A stretch of 64,000 nucleotides of DNA from Eubacterium sp. GTDB lineage: Bacteria; Bacillota; Clostridia; Lachnospirales; Lachnospiraceae. The notes below the pieces were generated by a model that saw only the letters and a program-made list of their open reading frames with translations, ran no database searches and was not told the DNA's origin. Numbering within the stretch: position 1 is the stretch's first letter; each line of letters starts with the position of its first letter. This document shows, in pieces, positions 15,985-23,783 of the stretch. Made by a program: the position numbers and the translations under genes. Location of the stretch: positions 25,490 to 89,489 of the forward strand of contig JAFZRN010000008.1 of the NCBI GenBank assembly GCA_017619835.1, written 5' to 3'.

Positions 15985-16015
15985 TGTGACAAACCGTTCA
16001 GATCTGTTTGTCACA
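15985..16015 (+). promoter_or_regulatory. Palindromic hairpin element, copy 1 (second copy at 54677..54706)
   Basis: TGTGACAAAC-cgttcagatct-GTTTGTCACA. It sits 3 nt after the TPM gene stop and 25 nt before the pyk ATG. Confidence 0.5.
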
Positions 16016-16040
16016 AAAACAAAGGAAAAAGAGAAAAATT

Positions 16041-17468
16041 ATGAGAAAAACAAAAGTAATATGTACGATAGGGCCTTCATGTGACAATGAAGAGACCTTA
16101 AGAAAACTGATTGAAGAAGGTATGGCGGTAGCAAGACTCAACTTTTCCCACGGCACCCATGAGGAGCACAGGAGAAAGTTCGAGCTGATCAAGAAGGTCA
16201 GGGCGGATTTAAGACAGCCCATCCCCATCATGCTTGATACCAAAGGGCCGGAATACAGGATAGGAACCTTTGAGACAGGAAAGGTAAGGATTGAAGACGG
16301 AGCAACCTTCAGCTTCACCACCGATGATATCGTCGGCGATGAGACCAGGGTTTCCGTAAGCTATAAGAATCTTATCGATAACCTTGAGGTAGGAGACAGG
16401 ATCCTGGTCAATAACGGTCTTGTCATCTTCGAGGTAAAGGAGCTGAAAGGCTCAGAAGCCGTATGTGAATGTCTCGCAGGCGGAGTCCTTTCGGACAGAA
16501 AGTCGATGAACTTCCCCAATAAGGTTCTTGACCAGCCGTTCTTAAGTGAGCAGGATAAGAAGGACCTTCTCTTTGGAATTCAGAACGGTGCCGATTATGT
16601 TGCTGCTTCCTTTGTTTCCACAAAGAAGGATGTCCAGGATATGCGTACCTTCCTCGATGAGAACGGTGGAAGAGATATCGAGATAATCGCCAAAATCGAG
16701 AATCGTTCGGGCGTTGAGAATATCGAAGAGATATGTGAGCTTTCCGACGGTATCATGATCGCTAGAGGCGATCTCGGAGTTGAGATCCCGGGTGTTGAGG
16801 TTCCTTCGGTCCAGAAGTACCTCATATCCAAGTGTCGTATGCTCGGCGTAAGAGTCATCACTGCGACCGAGATGCTGGAATCCATGATCAACAATCCGCG
16901 TCCCACAAGAGCCGAGATCTCCGATGTGGCAAATGCCGTCTATGACGGAACATCCGCAGTGATGCTTTCGGGTGAGACCGCATCCGGCAAGTATCCGGTA
17001 AAGGCGCTCATGACCATGGTAGAGACCATCGAGTTCACAGAGTCCAAGATCCATTATAAGAAACGTTTCAGGAATGCGGACTTTGAAGTACGTAACACCC
17101 TCGACGCCATTTCCCATACTGCATGCACAATGGCAATAGATGTAGATGCAAAATGTATCATAGTTAATTCACTCAGCGGCAGGACTGCGCGAATGGTCAG
17201 CCGTTTCAGATGTCCGGTGGATATAATCGGTATGACGACCTCCGCAAAGGTTTGGCGTAAGCTTAACTTAAGCTGGGGACTTACTCCGGTAATGTGCGGA
17301 ATGTATGACACGATGGAAGAAATGTTCCGTAATTCGGTTCAGGAAGCAACTGAAGCTCTCGGGCTTAAGAGAGGCGACAACGTTGTTATAACCGGAGGCA
17401 GGATGAACGGCACCAGTGGAAATACTAATCTCATTCAGGTAGAAACCATAGAAAGGGAGTCCAATTAA
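16041..17468 (+). CDS. pyk: Pyruvate kinase
   Basis: MRKTKVICTIGPS...ARLNFSHG...MLDTKGPEYR...MIARGDLGVEIP. The track start at 16008 is an upstream extension. Confidence 0.95.
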   Translation: MRKTKVICTIGPSCDNEETLRKLIEEGMAVARLNFSHGTHEEHRRKFELIKKVRADLRQPIPIMLDTKGPEYRIGTFETGKVRIEDGATFSFTTDDIVGDETRVSVSYKNLIDNLEVGDRILVNNGLVIFEVKELKGSEAVCECLAGGVLSDRKSMNFPNKVLDQPFLSEQDKKDLLFGIQNGADYVAASFVSTKKDVQDMRTFLDENGGRDIEIIAKIENRSGVENIEEICELSDGIMIARGDLGVEIPGVEVPSVQKYLISKCRMLGVRVITATEMLESMINNPRPTRAEISDVANAVYDGTSAVMLSGETASGKYPVKALMTMVETIEFTESKIHYKKRFRNADFEVRNTLDAISHTACTMAIDVDAKCIIVNSLSGRTARMVSRFRCPVDIIGMTTSAKVWRKLNLSWGLTPVMCGMYDTMEEMFRNSVQEATEALGLKRGDNVVITGGRMNGTSGNTNLIQVETIERESN

Positions 17469-18026
17469 ATGGGCAGAAATGACACCAAGGAAATGCTTTT
17501 CGAGGCATATAAGGAGCTCGGAAAGAAAAAAACGCTGGATAAGATCACAGTCCGTGAAATATGTGTAAAATGCGGAGTGACAACCCAGACCTTTTATAAT
17601 CATTTTTCCGATAAATACGATATGATCCTCTGGAATCACAGAAAGAGAGTGGATGAGCTGGCCGAAAAATATATTGACGGTTCGGAGACCTTTGAAGAGG
17701 TCCTCAGCAGATATGTGTTCGGTTTCATAAAATATGCCGACTTTGTGATCAATGCCTATAGAAGTACCGTTGGCCAGGATTCATATATGACAAAATCCAC
17801 GGGCTATCTGGCTGATAAGATAAAAGAAATCATAAGAAAGCTTGCGGAGACCGAAAGCCTTCCGGAAGAAATAGATTTTTTTATAGAAATGTACAGCATT
17901 TCTCTATCTGCAATGATTGCAAAATGGATTGTAACCGGAAGAACAATGCCGCCGCAGAAGCTGGTGGATCTTTTGATAGAGGCTGCTCCTCCGCAGTTAA
18001 AAGAGTACGTCACAGATAATACATAA
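17469..18026 (+). CDS. TetR/AcrR-family transcriptional regulator
   Basis: ITVREICVKCGVTTQTFYNHFSDKYDM is a TetR-type HTH. The ATG directly follows the pyk stop. Confidence 0.85.
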   Translation: MGRNDTKEMLFEAYKELGKKKTLDKITVREICVKCGVTTQTFYNHFSDKYDMILWNHRKRVDELAEKYIDGSETFEEVLSRYVFGFIKYADFVINAYRSTVGQDSYMTKSTGYLADKIKEIIRKLAETESLPEEIDFFIEMYSISLSAMIAKWIVTGRTMPPQKLVDLLIEAAPPQLKEYVTDNT

Positions 18027-18031
18027 TTTTA

Positions 18032-18058
18032 TTAGCACTCACACTTGACGAGTGCTAA
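18032..18058 (+). promoter_or_regulatory. CIRCE operator (HrcA binding site)
   Basis: TTAGCACTC-acacttgac-GAGTGCTAA is an exact match to the consensus TTAGCACTC-N9-GAGTGCTAA. Confidence 0.88.
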
Positions 18059-18073
18059 TAAAAGTGATATAAC
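18045..18073 (+). promoter_or_regulatory. Candidate sigma-A promoter of the hsp20 gene, overlapping CIRCE
   Basis: TTGACG (18045-18050), 17-nt spacer, TATAAC (18068-18073) with TG upstream. Confidence 0.5.
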
Positions 18074-18137
18074 ATAGTTATCAAATAAATAAACGAACAG
18101 TTTATTACAAACTGCTACCGGAAAGGAGGAATGATTT

Positions 18138-18686
18138 ATGTTATATCCGGGATTTTTAAATGAAGACTTTTACAGTGATTTCTTTGATGAGATGCTCAAC
18201 CTTCCGTTTTCATACGGCAAGAGAATGAGAAATGAGATTCTCCCGAAGAAGCGCGGAACTACAGATATTAAGGAGTTTGAGGACAGATATGTTCTTGAGA
18301 TGGAGCTTCCGGGATACCAGAAGGACGAGATCAAGGCCGAGCTTAAGAATGGTTATCTCACAGTAAGTGCTGAGCATACAGAGACCAAAGAGACCAAGGA
18401 ACCTGAAAAAGAGGCAGAGGTTAAAGAGGCTGAAGCAGAGGTTGAGGGCGAAGCGGCTGATACAACAGAGGTTGCTACTACAGAAAAGAAAGAGGTTGCT
18501 GCACCTAAGTATATCTGCAGAGAACGTTTCTACGGCAAGACCGAGAGAAGCTTCTTCGTAGGTAAGGAAGTTCAGAAGCAGGATATCAAGGCTCAGTTTA
18601 CAAATGGCGTCCTTACACTTACAATCCCTAAGCAGGTTAAAAAGCCTGATGCAGAGGGTGAAGTAATATCAATTCTTGATGAATAA
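18138..18686 (+). CDS. Hsp20/alpha-crystallin family small heat-shock protein
   Basis: DIKEFEDRYVLEMELPGYQKDEIKAELKNGYLTVSAEH ... RERFYGKTERSFFVG ... NGVLTLTIPK. Contains a Glu/Lys/Ala-rich insert of about 44 aa. Confidence 0.9.
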   Translation: MLYPGFLNEDFYSDFFDEMLNLPFSYGKRMRNEILPKKRGTTDIKEFEDRYVLEMELPGYQKDEIKAELKNGYLTVSAEHTETKETKEPEKEAEVKEAEAEVEGEAADTTEVATTEKKEVAAPKYICRERFYGKTERSFFVGKEVQKQDIKAQFTNGVLTLTIPKQVKKPDAEGEVISILDE

Positions 18687-18713
18687 AAGAAACCTAGAAA
18701 ATTAAGTAATAAA

Positions 18714-18750
18714 CGGGTGGAGATTTTCTCCACCCGCTTATTGTATTTTT
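18714..18750 (+). terminator. Rho-independent terminator after hsp20
   Basis: Stem CGGGTGGAG/CTCCACCCG followed by a T-rich tail. Confidence 0.75.
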
Positions 18751-18794
18751 CCCCGTTTAGAGTTATAATATCACTTTGTGAGGGAAAATAAAGT

Positions 18795-19673
18795 ATGGAA
18801 AAAAAGAAGAAAATTAAAAAAATTGAGAAAGACATCGGGATAAAGAAGGTTAAGAGCACTGTAAGAAGTATCAACGCGGCTTTAGGCTTCTTTATTTTTC
18901 TTGCGGTTTATTCGATTTATCTGAATCATTCCGGCTGGCTTCTTTCTTATGGTATCATTGTAGCATCTGTTTCACTTATATTTCTTGCGCTGTTTCTTTC
19001 CTACAGGATCAAGCTTCAGCTCAAGCTTAACAACATGGTAGTGGACTACAGAGAATTCCTTGTTAAGCCTGCGGCAGAGCTTGCATTTGAAAACGGAAGC
19101 TTTTCAAGAACAGGCTCACTTACAGAAAGAGATATAGTAAGCAGCCTTATGTTCTCGGACCTGCCTGATTATAAGTACGTTTCATGTAATGAGCTTAAGG
19201 GAACCTACAAAGGAATTCCTTTTTCAAACTCGGATGTTGAAGTAAACTACAGTCAGAGTAATTTCTATATCAACGGAAGATTCTTCGAGTTTGAAAGACC
19301 TACAAAGAATATTAATCCGGTGGTATTTACCAATGCCACGGCTCCGATAATCGAGTATAACGAGCCCAGGGTCCATATGATAAATCCGTCGAATATCTAT
19401 ATCAGCAGGATGTTCAGGGTTTATGCCTATGATGAAAAAGAAGCGGAAGAGCTTCTCACGGACAGCATGATCCATAACCTAAGGGAACTGGTATCACTTC
19501 AGCTTGGCAAGATACTTAAGATCAGTTTTCTAAATGATAAGGTATATGTTTTCTATACGACAGACAGGCCTACATATAAGGAAGACTTCACAAAGAAAAA
19601 CGACGTAAAGCAGGAGCTCCGCGTCGTTCAGGAAGAATTCAATTATGTTGGTAAGATAATAGATATCCTGTAA
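18795..19673 (+). CDS. Membrane protein, DUF3137-like
   Basis: Lys-rich N-terminus, two TM helices, then a soluble domain of about 200 aa. The family assignment is from memory only. Confidence 0.5.
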   Translation: MEKKKKIKKIEKDIGIKKVKSTVRSINAALGFFIFLAVYSIYLNHSGWLLSYGIIVASVSLIFLALFLSYRIKLQLKLNNMVVDYREFLVKPAAELAFENGSFSRTGSLTERDIVSSLMFSDLPDYKYVSCNELKGTYKGIPFSNSDVEVNYSQSNFYINGRFFEFERPTKNINPVVFTNATAPIIEYNEPRVHMINPSNIYISRMFRVYAYDEKEAEELLTDSMIHNLRELVSLQLGKILKISFLNDKVYVFYTTDRPTYKEDFTKKNDVKQELRVVQEEFNYVGKIIDIL

Positions 19674-19677
19674 AAAC

Positions 19678-19705
19678 AAATCTTCCCCTTTCGGGGAAGA
19701 TTTTT
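19678..19705. terminator. Bidirectional terminator between the DUF3137-like gene (+) and gltX (-)
   Basis: AAATCTTCCCC-tttc-GGGGAAGATTT followed by TT. Confidence 0.8.
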
Positions 19706-19708
19706 AAT

Positions 19709-21169
19709 TTAACTCAGCTTTTCTATCGCAGCATCGATCCTCTTAAGAGATTCCTCCTTGCCGAGGATTGACATCAGCTCTGTGGCACCGCCCGGTGTAG
19801 CGGGCTTTCCTGACATTGCTGTACGGATCGGCCACATGATATAACCTGTCTTATATTCTTTTTCGGTACCGAAGGCTTTAAGAAGCTCAAACAGGCTGTC
19901 GTTATCAAAGGCTTCGGCTGCTTCGAGAACCGGTCTTACTTCCTTAAGAAGCTCGAGAGAATTCTCGGGATTGGTCTTCATCTTCTTATGTGTATAGAGT
20001 TCATTATCATAATCCGGCACATTTTCGAAGAAATCTATCTGATCGGGTATATCGGTAAATACTTCTATACGGGACTGAACCATGTTGGATATAGTCTTAA
20101 GATCCAGCGGACGTGTGATGACACTTCTGATGATGGGCTCTGCCTTCTCAAAGAATGCATCCGGGTCCATTTTTTTGATATATTCACCGTTCATCCACTT
20201 AAGCTTAGTCATATCAAGTACAGCGGGTGACTTTGAGATCTTATGATAATCGAATTCCTTAACGAGCTCCTCGAGAGAGAAGATCTCGTTATTGCCTTCC
20301 GGGCTCCAGCCGAGAAGGGATACGAAGTTCACGATGGTCTCTGTTAAAAAGCCTGCATCGAGAAGATCCTCAAATGATGAATGACCGCTTCTCTTAGAAA
20401 GCTTTGCATGATTCTCGTCGGTGATGAGAGGACAGTGGATATATACCGGAACCTCCCAGCCGAAGGCTTCGTAAAGCCTGTTATACTTAGGTGCCGATGA
20501 GAGATATTCGTTACCTCTTACCACATGGGTTATGCCCATAAGGTGGTCATCGACAACATTTGCAAAGTTATATGTAGGATAGCCGTCAGACTTGATGAGT
20601 ATCATATCGTCAAGCTCGATATTCGGAACTGTGATGGTTCCGTAGAGCTCATCCTCGAATCTGGTCTCGCCCTCAGTCGGATTGTTCTGTCTTATAACAT
20701 AAGGAGCTCCTGAAGCAAGCTTTTCTTCAATCTCTTCCTTTGAAAGGTGGAGACAGTGCTTGTCATAATGGAAAACCTGCTTTTTCTCTCCGTCAACTTC
20801 AATCTCTTCATTAAGACTCTTTAAACGTTCTTCGTCACAGAAGCAGTAGTAGGCTTCTCCCTTTTCGATGAGCTTCTTTGCATATTCGAGATAGATTCCC
20901 TGAGCCATTCTTTCTGACTGAATATAAGGTCCTACGCCGCCGTCCTTATCGGGACCTTCGTCCCAGAGTAGCCCGGTCTCTTTAAGGGTTCTGTAGATTA
21001 TATCCACCGCACCCTCAACCTCACGGTTCTGGTCGGTATCTTCGATCCTCAGGATAAAGTCTCCGCCTTCATGCTTTGTGATAAGGTAAGCATAGAGAGC
21101 TGTCCTGAGGTTGCCCACATGCATTCTTCCTGTAGGGCTGGGGGCAAATCTTGTTCTGATCTTCTGCAT
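19709..21169 (-). CDS. gltX: Glutamate--tRNA ligase
   Basis: [23 protein letters not shown] (HIGH-type motif) and KLSKRSG (KMSKS-type motif). Confidence 0.95.
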   Translation of the reverse strand: MQKIRTRFAPSPTGRMHVGNLRTALYAYLITKHEGGDFILRIEDTDQNREVEGAVDIIYRTLKETGLLWDEGPDKDGGVGPYIQSERMAQGIYLEYAKKLIEKGEAYYCFCDEERLKSLNEEIEVDGEKKQVFHYDKHCLHLSKEEIEEKLASGAPYVIRQNNPTEGETRFEDELYGTITVPNIELDDMILIKSDGYPTYNFANVVDDHLMGITHVVRGNEYLSSAPKYNRLYEAFGWEVPVYIHCPLITDENHAKLSKRSGHSSFEDLLDAGFLTETIVNFVSLLGWSPEGNNEIFSLEELVKEFDYHKISKSPAVLDMTKLKWMNGEYIKKMDPDAFFEKAEPIIRSVITRPLDLKTISNMVQSRIEVFTDIPDQIDFFENVPDYDNELYTHKKMKTNPENSLELLKEVRPVLEAAEAFDNDSLFELLKAFGTEKEYKTGYIMWPIRTAMSGKPATPGGATELMSILGKEESLKRIDAAIEKLS

Positions 21170-22213
21170 TTATTTTACCTCTTTTATATTATCGCTTTCG
21201 TCACTATTATCCTGACGTTCGCGGTTTTTACGTCTTTTGCTGAGAATACTCTCATAGTTTATTATCTTTTCATCTTTGTCCGATACGGCCTCGGAATCAT
21301 CTTTGGCATCAATCTCATCCCTGGTCTCAACATCGATCTCGTCATCCTCCCAGACCTCGGCAGGTTCGTCCATATAAGTGTCGATGCCATGCTCCTCATT
21401 TCTCTTGCGGCACATATGCAGGTACTCGTTCAGCTGGGCGCCGACGAAGATAAAGTATATAACGAAATACATCCAGAACATAAGCATGATGACTGTTGTA
21501 AGTGATCCGTACATATAGCTCTTGGTAGCATAGTAATCGATATAGAGCGAGAAGAGCTTTGTAACGGAAACCCAGAGGAATGCGGCGAGCACAGCGCCCG
21601 GCATCTGTTTACCGAACCTCAGTTTCTTGCTCGGGACTATCGTATATAAAAGATCAAACATGATGAAGAGCAGGATAAATGTCGCCGAACTCCTTATACT
21701 GTAGACAAGCAGCGTTACATCCGTAAAGTGTGGGAACTGGTTCAGGATATAGATGGCGATCTGCGTACCGAACATGTTGAGCGGAACCAGAAGCAGGACC
21801 AGAAGCACGAAAATAACAGTATATATCGCACTTATACTTCGGATGATAATATAATTTCTCGCTTCGCGGGATCTGTAGACCTCATTAAGACCGTACCTTA
21901 CAGCGGTGAGTCCCTTGGCGGCGGACCATACAGCGATTACAAGGGAAATGATTGTCAGAGAGTTAGAGGAGTTCTGGTACATTTCGCTTACAAGGCCAGC
22001 TACATAGTTCTCAAAACTGCTGGGAAGTACGTAATAGATCAACTCAAGCATCTGCTCCTCAGAGAAGGGAAGCAGCTTGGGAAGTGCTATGATTATATTG
22101 ATAATTGGAAAAAATGACAAAAATATAAAGAAGGCTGACTGAGCTGCAAATGCGCCCATATGTTCATCAGCCGTCCCTTTCCAAAATCTGATTATATCTT
22201 TGATTCGATTCAT
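21170..22213 (-). CDS. YihY/BrkB (virulence factor BrkB / former RNase BN) family membrane protein with an acidic C-terminal tail
   Basis: GAFAAQSAFFIFLSFFPIINII and six TM helices. The stop abuts the gltX ATG (TAAATG). Confidence 0.85.
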   Translation of the reverse strand: MNRIKDIIRFWKGTADEHMGAFAAQSAFFIFLSFFPIINIIIALPKLLPFSEEQMLELIYYVLPSSFENYVAGLVSEMYQNSSNSLTIISLVIAVWSAAKGLTAVRYGLNEVYRSREARNYIIIRSISAIYTVIFVLLVLLLVPLNMFGTQIAIYILNQFPHFTDVTLLVYSIRSSATFILLFIMFDLLYTIVPSKKLRFGKQMPGAVLAAFLWVSVTKLFSLYIDYYATKSYMYGSLTTVIMLMFWMYFVIYFIFVGAQLNEYLHMCRKRNEEHGIDTYMDEPAEVWEDDEIDVETRDEIDAKDDSEAVSDKDEKIINYESILSKRRKNRERQDNSDESDNIKEVK

Positions 22214-22240
22214 TCGATATTAACCTGATATATTAAACAT

Positions 22241-22408
22241 CCGGGGGTGCCGGCCCCTGCTTTCTGACTCCTAGCCCAAGGCCAGGTGGGTTCTCGCACC
22301 TGATTTTCTGATGTCCACTCGATGGAGGCATATCATCCGATCAGCTATATTGAGATCCCTTTCAGTATATGTAGGTTCAAAATACACAGGAGTTATCGGA
22401 CATCCCAG
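22241..22408 (-). promoter_or_regulatory. GC-rich structured core of a roughly 220-nt 5' leader of yihY-gltX; candidate riboregulator of unassigned class
   Basis: A locally GC-rich island lies in AT-rich intergenic DNA, downstream of a good minus-strand promoter. It contains the hairpin CAGGTG-N8-CACCTG (22283-22302) and mutually exclusive pairings involving 22395-22404. Confidence 0.3.
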
Positions 22409-22441
22409 ATATTTAATTTATGTCTTATATAAGATAAGCTA

Positions 22442-22470
22442 ATTATAGCCTTTTGGTTTACATATTGCAA
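22442..22470 (-). promoter_or_regulatory. Candidate sigma-A promoter for the yihY-gltX leader
   Basis: The minus strand reads TTGCAA, 17-nt spacer, TATAAT. Confidence 0.55.
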
Positions 22471-22591
22471 CAAAAACTTACAAATTATGTCGTTTAACAC
22501 TTGTAATTAGTGGTGGTATCGTTTATCATTAACGGGTGAAAAAAACGTTTTATCAGATCATTTTCGAAAATCAATTTTTGCGAGGTTGATA

Positions 22592-23701
22592 ATGAGTACA
22601 TACGAATACGACGAAACAGATGCTATATATGAGAAAAAGGTAACCAAAAAGAAAAAGAAGAAGGGCCTCAGTTCTACGGGGAAATGGGGCATTGCGCTTC
22701 TTATCGAGCTTATAATCATAGTTCTGATGGGCTACGGCGTTTTCAGGATCTATCTACATAATAAATATCAGAAGTTTGACCACGTGGTTGACATCAAAGA
22801 AGAAGAGCTCGAGATCAATGAGGGCGTAAATGAGGATATGAAGGGCTATACCAACATAGCTCTCTTCGGAATAGATGCAAGAGATAATTCTCTCGGTAAG
22901 GGAAACCGAAGCGATGCCATCATGGTGGCCAGTATCAATAACGAGACAAGAGACGTAAAGATCGTATCTATCTATCGTGATACACTTGTTGAAGTAATGA
23001 AGACCGACGGTTCAACGGTTACTACCAAGATCAATGCCGCTTATGCTTATGGCGGTCCCGAGGCTGCTATCCAGACCATCAACAGAAACTTTGACCTTAA
23101 CGTATCCGAATATGTGACACTCAACTGGGAGGGACTCACCAGAGCCATAGATTCTCTCGGCGGCGTAGTTGTGCATGTAGAGGAAAATGAGATCTCCACA
23201 CTTAACGGTGTTCTGGCAGAACAGATCCAGGTGAACGGGATCAATTCCGACGGAGTTTATGAAACCGGTTATGTGACTCTTAATGGAGCTCAGGCAACTG
23301 CCTATGCACGTATCAGAAGCACTGATCAGGGTGATATAACAAGAACCGAGCGTCAGAGAGAGGTTATCGAAGCAATGCTCGTTAAGGCTAAGGCTTCGGA
23401 TCTCAAGACACTTAATTCCATTATCGATGAAGTGTTCCCTTATGTAGGAACATCCATCACCGAGCAGCAGGTTCTTGAGCTTGTATCAGGTGTCATGTCC
23501 TATGAACTTAAAGATACTATGGGCTTCCCCGCAGAGTACAAATTCTACTCTACACCGCAGAAGGGCTCATGTATCGCTCCGGTAACTTTAAGCTCCAATG
23601 TTATCGAAATGCAGAAGTTCCTTTTCGATACCGAGAACTATGATCCGACATCAACGGTTCAGGGTATCAGCCAGAGGATTTCCGACGAAACAGGTTATTA
23701 A
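22592..23701 (+). CDS. LytR-CpsA-Psr (LCP) family cell-wall polymer transferase
   Basis: One TM helix, then NIALFGIDARD...GNRSDAIMVASIN...VSIYRDT. ATG 22592 lies 6 nt after GAGG; the track start at 22586 is TTG. Confidence 0.9.
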   Translation: MSTYEYDETDAIYEKKVTKKKKKKGLSSTGKWGIALLIELIIIVLMGYGVFRIYLHNKYQKFDHVVDIKEEELEINEGVNEDMKGYTNIALFGIDARDNSLGKGNRSDAIMVASINNETRDVKIVSIYRDTLVEVMKTDGSTVTTKINAAYAYGGPEAAIQTINRNFDLNVSEYVTLNWEGLTRAIDSLGGVVVHVEENEISTLNGVLAEQIQVNGINSDGVYETGYVTLNGAQATAYARIRSTDQGDITRTERQREVIEAMLVKAKASDLKTLNSIIDEVFPYVGTSITEQQVLELVSGVMSYELKDTMGFPAEYKFYSTPQKGSCIAPVTLSSNVIEMQKFLFDTENYDPTSTVQGISQRISDETGY

Positions 23702-23783
23702 TCAATCTTGTAAAACTACCTTTAATTGTGTTATACTCATATAGTTGAATAAAAGCGTGGGCTTATAACGAGGGGATGAATAG

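Noticed and set aside
15985-16015. cre (CcpA) or CRP/FNR site inside the pyk-proximal palindrome
   Set aside because: The best cre alignment (ACAAACCGTTCAGA) has three mismatches at fixed positions, and the central CG is missing in copy 2. The TGTGA and TCACA halves are 21 nt apart rather than 6.
22366-22385. GGTTCAAAA resembling a tRNA T-loop
   Set aside because: The flanking bases cannot form a T-stem and there is no acceptor or anticodon arm, so it is not a tRNA.
22241-22408. Glu-specific T-box, SRP RNA, 6S RNA or tmRNA as the identity of the GC-rich island
   Set aside because: There is no GGGTGGTACCGCG T-box core (compare the pheS leader). There is no SRP domain IV GGAA/AGCA motif in the proper helix context, and no tRNA-like end. 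It is kept only as an unassigned structured leader.
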